Shown piece by piece: positions 18,201-25,327 of a DNA stretch of 41,805 bases. The stretch spans positions 1-41,805 of the forward strand of contig CAZOMW010000001.1 of the NCBI GenBank assembly GCA_964581135.1, in the 5' to 3' direction. A program made the translations under genes and the position numbers. Numbering within the stretch: the stretch's first letter is position 1; each line of letters begins with the position of its first letter. The notes below the pieces were generated by a model. That model searched no databases, had not been told where the DNA came from, and saw only the letters and a list, made by a program, of their open reading frames with translations. The stretch comes from an uncultured Oscillospiraceae bacterium (lineage in GTDB: Bacteria; Bacillota; Clostridia; Saccharofermentanales; UBA5734).

Positions 18201-18442
18201 CCGATATTGTGCAGCAATATGCCGGCGGGGTTGAAATTGATACCTTGTTTATTGACGAGGGTTTCGGAGCGCTCGACAGCGAATCGCTGGAACAATCAAT
18301 CAGTATTCTCAACAGTCTTACAACCGGCAATCGACTGGTTGGAATTATTTCCCATGTAACTGAGCTCAAGGAACGAATCGAGCATAAGGTTATCGTGCAC
18401 GGCTCAACCAGCGGCAGCAGGATTGAACTGGTCAAACCCTGA
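15293..18442 (+). CDS. sbcC: Exonuclease SbcCD, ATPase subunit C (Rad50/SMC-like)
   Basis: Walker A GNTGAGKTT, a long coiled coil with a central zinc hook CPVCGS, signature LSGGESF and Walker B LFIDEGFG. An ATGA overlap links it to sbcD. Confidence 0.92.
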   Translation: MKPLHLVMCGFGPYAERCELPFEKFLDSGLFLITGNTGAGKTTIFDAITFALFGETSGSTRTTETLRSDFSDPDTKTYVELTFRHRGSEYQIYRNPAYDRPSMRGEGLTRQKAEAWLTLPDKTVIDGDRRVTQSVVELLGLDHNQFKQIAMIAQGEFLRLLLAESKDRAVIFRRLFATGFYLRVQDLLKQQEKELRESCEELKRSELQSMASIVVDDTNPAAAELQALLAQESVHAASDVLQLLSAQNKADAYTDKLLCDQNTILGKQIDDLTKQIAAAEYINQQFADLAAAQAAAERLTAREPAMKALAKQIERAELAENKIQPSEKDYQRENNALAGLTAHIAELETEVGKLLPVIAALQKALEQELEREPLREQAAAEVRALTASLPGYEELDKLSRELVPQREKKIKLEAEHLQLRISKEALEQNNNKLAAELQTLTDVDRQLVTINSRIGILNQTRTTIKQLMGGLQTAGKLTEECDQARQYYKKQQELYQQTQLKFRSQEALFYDQQAGLLAAELQPGQPCPVCGSLSHPLKAVMTEQAPKQEQLRFLSEHCDKLQMQVQNASTKAGELQSKLTTELKNIRARTADIVEIDPVPMQIDELHTVLQQALAALELEAEEAEASRQNLANLSKRRVEIIRETGEAEKQRQQDDKRLADLNSEHNELTAAISAAERDLANLRRELACPDLAAAQQKLKTAAEYSQQLKKALQLAQSNYEQESDKLKAKQTLLQAEKTRLPSVQNLSEKASEEYKKALKTFGFTDETDYKQALLPESELIAGRDSLSAFKAECNRTADQIKRLEKATDKKQTVDISGLQTEQQKATELKASQADQEKKIYLRLESNRRLTTELQKTEIKRLEQEEKYSLISGLAKTANGELTGRQKLAFEQYVQASYFEQVLLEANKRLSLMTGSRFTLLRQEEASNLRSQTGLDIEVLDQYTGLRRPVRSLSGGESFKASLALALGLSDIVQQYAGGVEIDTLFIDEGFGALDSESLEQSISILNSLTTGNRLVGIISHVTELKERIEHKVIVHGSTSGSRIELVKP

Positions 18443-18524
18443 AAGAAATTACCGCCTGGTATCGAGCCTGTTATTTTCTGATTGATGCAGATTAAGTGCC
18501 GAAAGGGATTTGTCCGGCAGGTGC

Positions 18525-18553
18525 TTGACATATCCGGAATCGGGGGGCATAAT
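18525..18553 (+). promoter_or_regulatory. Sigma-A-type promoter of copA
   Basis: TTGACA (18525-18530), a 17-nt spacer, then CATAAT (18548-18553). Confidence 0.55.
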
Positions 18554-18563
18554 CATCTTTGAC

Positions 18564-18580
18564 ACACCCCACTGGGGTGT
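18564..18580. promoter_or_regulatory. CsoR-type operator (ACACCCC-act-GGGGTGT)
   Basis: Perfect 7-bp GC-rich arms with a 3-nt spacer, just downstream of the -10 box. It resembles the published C4/G4-type CsoR boxes, and csoR is encoded in the same operon. Confidence 0.65.
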
Positions 18581-18598
18581 AGAGTAAGGAGTGATCGG

Positions 18599-20911
18599 AT
18601 GAAGGAAAAATTTGATATAAAAGGGATGACCTGCTCAGCATGTCAGGCCAGTATCGCCAAGGCCGTCAGTAAGATGCCGGGCGTCAATAATGTCAATGTC
18701 AATCTGTTAACAAATGACATGGTTGTTGACTATGATGATTCATCAATAAACAGTGAAGCAATTGTAAAAGCTGTGTCGGATGCAGGCTACAGTGCCATGC
18801 CGGCTGTGGCGGCAGTGCCGGCGGGGCAGAAAGCCGCGGCTGAAGGTGCCCGGCGCGGAGCCGACCGCATTCGTGACGTGTACGCTGAAGAAATGCACAC
18901 AATGCGCATTCGTTTGTGGGTTTCATTCGCATTCCTGATCCCTTTGCTTTATCTGGCTATGGGGCACATGATAGGCCTGCCTCTGCCAGCCTGGCTGCAT
19001 GGCGTCGAAGGCGCGGCAAATTTTGCCTTTCTGCAGTTTTTACTGACTCTGCCGATAGTGATTGTAAATTACAAGTATTATCAGGTCGGGTTCAAGACTC
19101 TCCGGCGACGCAATCCCAACATGGATTCTCTGATCGCGATAGGCTCCGGTGCCGCATTCCTGTATGGCGTATTCGCTATTTTCCGGATGAATCATGCCAT
19201 GGGGCAAGGTCAGCTGGAGGTTGTTCACCATTACATGAACGACCTTTACTTCGAATCTGCCGCTACAATTCTGACCCTGATTACTTTAGGCAAATACCTG
19301 GAAACACGTTCGAAAAGTAAAACATCCGATGCGATAAACCAGTTGATTAACCTGGCACCTAAAACCGCTGTCGTACGCCGCGACGGGCAGGAAATCGAGC
19401 TGCCGGTTGAAGAGGTACTAGTGGGCGACCTGATTATTGTCCGTCCGGGACAAAGCATACCTGTCGACGGTGTCATAGTCGAAGGCCGGACCTCGATAGA
19501 TCAGGCTGCCCTGACCGGCGAAAGCATGCCGGTAGAAAAACAGGTTGGTGACAAGGTTTCTGCCGCCACAATCAATAAATCAGGTTATTTTGTCTTTCGA
19601 GCTGAAAAGATCGGTGGCGACACGACCCTGGCTCAGATAATCCAGCTGGTTGAAGAAGCGTCCTCATCCAAGGCTCCTATTTCCAAACTGGCCGACCGGA
19701 TCAGCGGTATCTTCGTACCCGTAGTAATTACAATTGCGCTGGCCGCGACTGTTGTCTGGCTGCTGCTTGGCTACGGCTTTGAATTCGCGCTTTCGATCGG
19801 TATTGCAGTCCTGGTAATTTCCTGCCCTTGTGCACTTGGTCTGGCGACACCGGTCGCAATCATGGTCGGTACAGGCAAAGGAGCAACGCACGGCATCCTG
19901 ATCAAATCAGCCGAGGCACTTGAAATTGCCCATACTGTAAATACCGTTGTCCTCGACAAAACCGGCACGATCACTGAAGGCAAACCGCAGGTTACAGACA
20001 TTGTACCGGCAGGGGATGTAGATCCGCAGGTCCTGCTGCAACTGGCCGCCTCGATCGAAAAACCGTCAGAGCACCCGCTGGCAGATGCGATTATCGGCCG
20101 CGCTGAAGCTGACGGACTGGAGCTGTTGCCAACGGATGAGTTTGAAGCAGTTCCCGGCCGCGGTATCGGCGCAGAAATTGAAGGCCGGTTGCTGCTGGCT
20201 GGTAATCCGGCTTTTATGCGCGAACAGAATGTTGATATTTCTGAATTGCAGACTCAGGGCGACGAATTTTCAGCTGACGGCAAGACTCCGCTCTACTTTG
20301 CCGATTCCGGCCGGCCGCTGGGTGTAATCGCGGTGGCGGATGTTATCAAGCCGACCAGCAGAGACGCAATCAGGCAGTTTAAAAAGCTGGGTATTAATGT
20401 TGTGATGCTCACCGGTGACAACCAGCGAACAGCAGAGGCTATTCGCCGTCAGCTCGATATAGATCGGGTTGTGGCTGAGGTTATGCCGCAGGATAAAGAA
20501 GCGGAGATCCGTCGTCTGCAGGAAAATGGCCAGAAAGTCGCTATGATTGGTGATGGCATCAACGATGCGCCGGCTCTGGCCCGTGCCGATGTAGGCATTG
20601 CGATCGGCGCCGGCACCGATATCGCGATTGAATCAGCTGACATCGTGCTGATGCGCAGTGATCTGCAGGATGCCGTTACAGCGGTCGAATTAAGTAAAGC
20701 TGTAATTCGCAATATCAAACAGAATCTGTTCTGGGCCTTTGCCTATAACACAGCCGGCATTCCACTGGCAGCCGGTGTTTTCTATATGTTGCTTAACTGG
20801 CGTTTAAGCCCGATGTTTGCTGCCGCTGCCATGAGCCTGAGTTCAGTGAGTGTTGTGACAAATGCCCTGCGGTTACGCAGCTTCAAGCCCTCAAACCGTA
20901 CCTGGAAATGA
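18599..20911 (+). CDS. copA: Copper-translocating P1B-type ATPase
   Basis: N-terminal HMA domain GMTCSACQ, CPC (SCPCALGLATP), DKTGT and GDGINDAP. 770 aa. Confidence 0.95.
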   Translation: MKEKFDIKGMTCSACQASIAKAVSKMPGVNNVNVNLLTNDMVVDYDDSSINSEAIVKAVSDAGYSAMPAVAAVPAGQKAAAEGARRGADRIRDVYAEEMHTMRIRLWVSFAFLIPLLYLAMGHMIGLPLPAWLHGVEGAANFAFLQFLLTLPIVIVNYKYYQVGFKTLRRRNPNMDSLIAIGSGAAFLYGVFAIFRMNHAMGQGQLEVVHHYMNDLYFESAATILTLITLGKYLETRSKSKTSDAINQLINLAPKTAVVRRDGQEIELPVEEVLVGDLIIVRPGQSIPVDGVIVEGRTSIDQAALTGESMPVEKQVGDKVSAATINKSGYFVFRAEKIGGDTTLAQIIQLVEEASSSKAPISKLADRISGIFVPVVITIALAATVVWLLLGYGFEFALSIGIAVLVISCPCALGLATPVAIMVGTGKGATHGILIKSAEALEIAHTVNTVVLDKTGTITEGKPQVTDIVPAGDVDPQVLLQLAASIEKPSEHPLADAIIGRAEADGLELLPTDEFEAVPGRGIGAEIEGRLLLAGNPAFMREQNVDISELQTQGDEFSADGKTPLYFADSGRPLGVIAVADVIKPTSRDAIRQFKKLGINVVMLTGDNQRTAEAIRRQLDIDRVVAEVMPQDKEAEIRRLQENGQKVAMIGDGINDAPALARADVGIAIGAGTDIAIESADIVLMRSDLQDAVTAVELSKAVIRNIKQNLFWAFAYNTAGIPLAAGVFYMLLNWRLSPMFAAAAMSLSSVSVVTNALRLRSFKPSNRTWK

Positions 20912-20965
20912 CAGCCAAAGCAATTATAACGAAATAACTTACTCTGAAATTTAAAAATGCTCTGT

Positions 20966-21003
20966 TAACTAAGAATGAGAGAAATCGGATAACTAAGAAT
21001 GAG
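20966..21003 (+). repeat. 14-bp perfect direct repeat (taactaagaatgag) x2, 24 nt apart
   Basis: Copies at 20966-20979 and 20990-21003, in the copA-copZ spacer. Confidence 0.85.
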
Positions 21004-21064
21004 TGATAAGAGACTTGAAATGCAAACAAAAACAAAAATTGGAAACCAGATAAGGAGATTAAAA

Positions 21065-21295
21065 ATGAAAAAAGAAATTAAAATTAATGGTATGACCTGC
21101 GCCCATTGCCAGGCCAGTGTTGAAAAAGCTCTTAATGCCCTGCCAGGCGTAAGCGCTGAGGTGAATCTGAAAAACAACAGTGCTGTTGTTACAATGACTG
21201 AAGAGTTATCAGATGAAGTTTTGCTGGCTGCGGTTCGTGATGCCGGCTATGAACCGGTTTCAATCCGCGAGAAAAAAAGTCTGTTCAATAAATAA
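21065..21295 (+). CDS. copZ: Copper chaperone, HMA domain
   Basis: MKKEIKINGMTCAHCQASVEKAL... The start is moved from the track 20999 to ATG 21065 because AAGGAG lies 8 nt upstream. The resulting 76 aa is typical. Confidence 0.9.
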   Translation: MKKEIKINGMTCAHCQASVEKALNALPGVSAEVNLKNNSAVVTMTEELSDEVLLAAVRDAGYEPVSIREKKSLFNK

Positions 21296-21307
21296 GCAGG
21301 TGAATGA

Positions 21308-21580
21308 ATGAAAGCAGATAATAAGCAGATTTCAAGACTTTTGAAGACAGCGCGCGGCCAGCTTGACGGAATCCTGAAGATGGTTGAGGACGATCGTTAT
21401 TGTATCGATATTTCTAACCAGCTGCTGGCAACTCAGGCGATCTTAAAAAGGGTGAACCGCGAAATTATTCACAGTCACATAGAACACTGTGTAATGGAAG
21501 CCACTGCCAGCGGTAATCCGGAAGATCAACGCGAAAAACTGACAGAAATTGACAATATCCTGGCAAAACTGATGGGCTGA
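21308..21580 (+). CDS. csoR: CsoR-family metal-sensing transcriptional repressor
   Basis: 90 aa, with DDRYCIDISNQLLATQAILKRVNREIIHSHIEHCV carrying the C...H...C ligand pattern. Confidence 0.9.
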   Translation: MKADNKQISRLLKTARGQLDGILKMVEDDRYCIDISNQLLATQAILKRVNREIIHSHIEHCVMEATASGNPEDQREKLTEIDNILAKLMG

Positions 21581-21715
21581 CAAAGAATAAGGCAGAGAGA
21601 TACGGATTAATGAAAGCAACAGAAAAATCCGAAAAGTAATAAAAACACCTAATTATTCCCGTTGACTGATGAGCTGCTATAACAAGTTAATACAAGTATA
21701 AGGTGCTTGACACTG

Positions 21716-21772
21716 AAAGTGGCCTTGACTATGCTGAATGTAGGATTAATTCACTGGGCAAGGCCACTTTTT
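21716..21772 (+). terminator. Long-loop hairpin with U-tract: terminator of the cop operon or a leader element of the downstream operon
   Basis: Perfect 12-bp stem aaagtggccttg (21716-21727) / caaggccacttt (21759-21770), a 31-nt loop, then a T-run (ttttt, 21768-21772) that overlaps the 3' end of the stem. Confidence 0.5.
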
Positions 21773-21835
21773 ATGTGCAAATCATATGTGTCGCGGCAGC
21801 ACCGTAAAACCTGGCTGGGATAAAGGAGAAAAGCT

Positions 21836-22804
21836 TTGAAAAAAGTAGTGATCGCTCAAAAAACCAATCCGCAGATTGTGGCTATGCTGGCCGAAAAGGC
21901 CGAAGTTGTACAGGTCAATGAAGGCAGCGTTGAAGATCTTAGAGAAAAACTCAAAGGTGCTTACGCAGTATTTCTGGGAACCTGGGTTAAATTCACAGCC
22001 GAACTTATGGATATATCACCCGAGCTTAAAGTTATCTCGCGCACCGGCGTCGGCGTCGATAATGTTGATATTGCCGCTGCCAGCGAGCGGGGAATTATGG
22101 TACTGAATACGCCAACAGCAAATGCTGTTTCCGTTGCAGAACACGCCGTTACTTTGATTCTGGCGCTGGCCAAGCAGCTGTTTTTCCTGGACGGCAGTAT
22201 TCGTGACGATAATTTCAAAGCCCGCCGTCTGAATCTGCCGATTGATGTCGACGGGAAAACTCTTGGCCTGATAGGCTGTGGTGGAATCGGACGCCTTGTC
22301 GCGCAGAAGTGTCGTCTGGGTTTCAACATGAAGGTTTTAGGCTACGACCCCTATTTGAAAACCGCACCAGAGGGAATCGAGCTGGTAAAAGACATCGAGG
22401 ATATCTACCGGCAGTCCGATTTTATTTCAATCCACTTACCGTTGACAGATGAAACCAGGAACATGATCAACGCTGAGACACTGACAAAATTCAAACCCGG
22501 AGCGATTCTGATCAATACCTCCCGCGGCGGCATTGTTGACGAAGCTGCCCTGGCGGCGGCACTGAATTCCGGACAGATAGCCGGTGCCGGTCTGGATGTT
22601 TTTTCACAGGAGCCTGTTCCCATGGAAAGCCCGTTGCTGCAGGCGAAGAATCTGATCATGACACCGCACAGCGCCGCTCTGACGCAGGAATGTGTACTCC
22701 GGGTTGCTACCGCCGCTGCTGAAGGCATTATTGCTGCTGTTGAAGGCCGTGAACCGGCTTCCGTATTCAACCAACGTGAACTGATCAGGAGGAAAGAAGT
22801 ATGA
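21836..22804 (+). CDS. D-isomer-specific 2-hydroxyacid dehydrogenase (PGDH / glyoxylate-hydroxypyruvate reductase-like)
   Basis: GLIGCGGIGRLVA NAD loop, SRGGIVDE and TPHSAA. TTG start, with AAGGAG 7 nt upstream. Confidence 0.88.
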   Translation: MKKVVIAQKTNPQIVAMLAEKAEVVQVNEGSVEDLREKLKGAYAVFLGTWVKFTAELMDISPELKVISRTGVGVDNVDIAAASERGIMVLNTPTANAVSVAEHAVTLILALAKQLFFLDGSIRDDNFKARRLNLPIDVDGKTLGLIGCGGIGRLVAQKCRLGFNMKVLGYDPYLKTAPEGIELVKDIEDIYRQSDFISIHLPLTDETRNMINAETLTKFKPGAILINTSRGGIVDEAALAAALNSGQIAGAGLDVFSQEPVPMESPLLQAKNLIMTPHSAALTQECVLRVATAAAEGIIAAVEGREPASVFNQRELIRRKEV

Positions 22805-24147
22805 ATGCACCACAATACATTCTCGGGATTGACTGCGGAACCTCTTCCGTAAAAACAGGTTTATTTGATCTTGACATGAACCTGGTAGCTGAAACAAGGT
22901 CACCGCATAGTTACATCACTAACGGACTGGCGGTCGAAATTGACCCTAACGAACTGTTTGCTTCGTTTCTGCGCTCGCTGGAAGGTTTACGCGAATACCT
23001 GCCCAATGTAAAGGCAATGGGTTTTTCCGGCCTTTGCCCTGATCTGATTCTGATGGATGAACAGGGCAACTCGCTTGATAACGGCATTATTCATCTTGAC
23101 CGGCGCAGCGAAAAACAGGGCCTGGAAATCGTTGAAAAGTTCGGTGAAGAACGTTTCATCTCAATTGCCGGCAACGTACCCTGCCCCGGCGGCATGTCAA
23201 TAACCAGCCTGATGTGGATGCGGGACAATAAACCGGAGATATACAACAAAGCCTACAAATTCGGACATACGACCAGCTATTTCATTGCCCGGCTTACAGG
23301 CAACTTCGTAATTGATCCGACCAATGCCGGCTTTAACGGACTTTTTGATACAGTAGGCATGACCGGCTGGAGCGAAGAAATCTGCGAGACCTTCGATATC
23401 CGCCGCGATATTCTGCCGGAAATTAAAATGTGTTACGAAGAAGCCGGCCGGATAACTCCTGAAGCCGCAAAAATTACCGGCCTGCCGGAGGGAATTCTGG
23501 TAATTGCCGGCGGCGGCGATACTGCCTGTTCCGTATACGGGGCCGGCTGTGACACTAATGGCACGCTGCTTAACTCAACCGGAACAGTTGAGGTTATGGC
23601 CATGTGCACAGACAAACCTCATGCCACAGGCCGTTATCTGCTGCGTCCTGCCTGCAACGATGGTCATTGGGTTGTGATGAATCTGATCGGAGCCGGCGGC
23701 GAAAGCCTCAACTGGTTCTACGATAATTTCTGCCGTGAAATGAGTAAGTCGGAATTTTTTGACGAATATCTCCCCAGCCTGTTAGGCAAACTCGATACTG
23801 ATGTTCTGATGACACCCTATCTGGCCGGCGATCGCTGCAGTGTTATCAACAAGGCCGCCACGGTAACAGGCCTGACTCTGGCTACATCCCGTGATGACAT
23901 GCTGGTTGGTCTGGTAAAAGGAATGATCGGTCAGCTGAAGGACGGCATGGACGATTTCCAGCGCTTTGCCGGCAAACTTGACGATACGATCTACTTCACC
24001 GGTGGCGGTGCCGGCGCTTTATTCGATTACAAAAGGCAGATGTTCCCTCAGTTCTCTTTTGAAGGCGTTGATAATTCTGCCATGAAAGGAATCGGCCGTT
24101 TGATCCATGAGGCTTATGAAAAAGAACTGAACTCAAAAAAACAGTAA
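22801..24147 (+). CDS. FGGY-family carbohydrate kinase (xylulokinase-like, short form)
   Basis: LGIDCGTSSVKTGLFD phosphate-1 motif and AGGGDTACSVYGAG. An ATGA overlap links it to the upstream gene. Confidence 0.88.
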   Translation: MNAPQYILGIDCGTSSVKTGLFDLDMNLVAETRSPHSYITNGLAVEIDPNELFASFLRSLEGLREYLPNVKAMGFSGLCPDLILMDEQGNSLDNGIIHLDRRSEKQGLEIVEKFGEERFISIAGNVPCPGGMSITSLMWMRDNKPEIYNKAYKFGHTTSYFIARLTGNFVIDPTNAGFNGLFDTVGMTGWSEEICETFDIRRDILPEIKMCYEEAGRITPEAAKITGLPEGILVIAGGGDTACSVYGAGCDTNGTLLNSTGTVEVMAMCTDKPHATGRYLLRPACNDGHWVVMNLIGAGGESLNWFYDNFCREMSKSEFFDEYLPSLLGKLDTDVLMTPYLAGDRCSVINKAATVTGLTLATSRDDMLVGLVKGMIGQLKDGMDDFQRFAGKLDDTIYFTGGGAGALFDYKRQMFPQFSFEGVDNSAMKGIGRLIHEAYEKELNSKKQ

Positions 24148-24157
24148 AAAGATGGCC

Positions 24158-24190
24158 ACACAGCCGGCAGCGTTAAGTTGCCGGCTGTGT
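24158..24190 (+). terminator. Strong hairpin without U-tract (possible partial terminator or mRNA stabiliser)
   Basis: Perfect 12-bp stem acacagccggca / tgccggctgtgt with a 9-nt loop, followed by tagatcgg (no T-run). Confidence 0.4.
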
Positions 24191-24245
24191 TAGATCGGAA
24201 GAAATGGAATACGGGAAATTCAGGAATTTTCAGGAGGAAAGTAAA

Positions 24246-25217
24246 TTGCCTGCCTTTGAAATGAGTATGGCCGAATTGAAGGAATACCGCGGCAAGAGTC
24301 CGCTGCCGGCAGATTTTACAGAGTACTGGGATCGCGCCCTGGCTGAACTCGACGCCTTGCCTGGTGCCCTGGAATACCGGCTTGAGCCCGCTGATTTTGA
24401 GGCACCTGGTCTGAGCTGCAGTTACCTGTGGTTTGACGGCGTTGGAAATGCAGTTATTCGCTGCAAGCTGGTGCAACCTGAGGCTGTTGCTGCAGACGGA
24501 AGGGCCGGCGTGGCCTTGTTTCACGGCTACACCCATCATAGCGGCGACTGGTTCGACCTGTTGCCGCACGCTTATGCCGGCAGAGCAGTAATGTCGCTTG
24601 ATGTCCGCGGACAGGGCGGCCTGTCCACAGATCCAACAAATGCCATCGGTCCGACTTTGTTCGGCCATATTGTCCGCGGTGTTGCCGATCCGGATCCGGA
24701 TAAGCTGTTTTACCGTTCAGTATATCTGGATGCTGTGCAGATGACACGAATCCTGATGTCGCTCGAAGGCGTTGACCCGGATAGAATAGGCACTAGCGGC
24801 AATTCACAGGGTGGCGCGCTCGCGCTTGTTACAGCCGCTCTGAACCCCCGCATTGCCCGCTGCGCCCCGATTCATCCGTTTCTGTCGGATTTTCGCCGGA
24901 TGGTCGAACTTGATCTCGACCAGGGTGCCTACGAAGGCTTCCGGCTTTATTTCCGTAAATACGATCCTTTGCATGAACGTGAGGCTGAATTCTACGAGCG
25001 GCTGGGTTATATAGATGTACAGAATTTTGCCGTTCATGTTAAAGCAGAGGTTTTGTGGCAAACAGGGCTGATGGATACCCTGTGTGCGCCCTCTACCCAG
25101 TTCGCGATTTACAATAAACTGCTGTGTCCCAAGCATATGCTGCTCAGCCCTGACTATGGTCACGAAAAAATTGTCTATGCAGCAGATCGTATTTTCAGTT
25201 TCTTCAATAAGTTATGA
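24246..25217 (+). CDS. CE7-family acetyl esterase (acetylxylan esterase / cephalosporin-C deacetylase type)
   Basis: All three CE7 signature motifs are seen: RGQ (LDVRGQGG), GxSQG (GNSQGG) and HE (DYGHE). I propose a TTG start at 24246 (M-PAFEMSMAELKEYRG, matching the usual CE7 N-terminus) with AGGAGGA 7 nt upstream. The track ORF starts at 24204. Confidence 0.85.
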   Translation: MPAFEMSMAELKEYRGKSPLPADFTEYWDRALAELDALPGALEYRLEPADFEAPGLSCSYLWFDGVGNAVIRCKLVQPEAVAADGRAGVALFHGYTHHSGDWFDLLPHAYAGRAVMSLDVRGQGGLSTDPTNAIGPTLFGHIVRGVADPDPDKLFYRSVYLDAVQMTRILMSLEGVDPDRIGTSGNSQGGALALVTAALNPRIARCAPIHPFLSDFRRMVELDLDQGAYEGFRLYFRKYDPLHEREAEFYERLGYIDVQNFAVHVKAEVLWQTGLMDTLCAPSTQFAIYNKLLCPKHMLLSPDYGHEKIVYAADRIFSFFNKL

Positions 25218-25327
25218 GGCAATGGATGTTGTTACAGTCCTGACTGATTTTTAGATGTAAAATTATTAACAATAACGAAAGCAACGAACCGGTTTGATCA
25301 TTGTTTAGCAAATACAGGAGGGTAACC

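Noticed and set aside
14136-18442. SbcD/SbcC considered as a possible SMC-type anti-phage system (Lamassu/Wadjet-like)
   Set aside because: This is the canonical two-gene Mre11/Rad50-type pair with a complete phosphoesterase motif set, a zinc hook and ABC ATPase motifs. There are no accessory effector genes and no mobile-element context. It is housekeeping DNA repair.
20999-21064. 22-codon N-terminal extension of copZ proposed by the ORF track
   Set aside because: The internal ATG 21065 has an AAGGAG RBS and gives the canonical HMA chaperone of about 76 aa. The extension is Lys/Arg-rich spacer sequence.
21682-21700. Shared 9-mer ATACAAGTA (and ACAAGT repeats) upstream of both the 21836 operon and the 28379 operon, considered as a common GntR/ROK site
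   Set aside because: A single 9-mer match between two AT-rich intergenic regions of about 200 nt each is close to chance expectation by my rough estimate. No dyad symmetry exists at the 21.7-kb copy.
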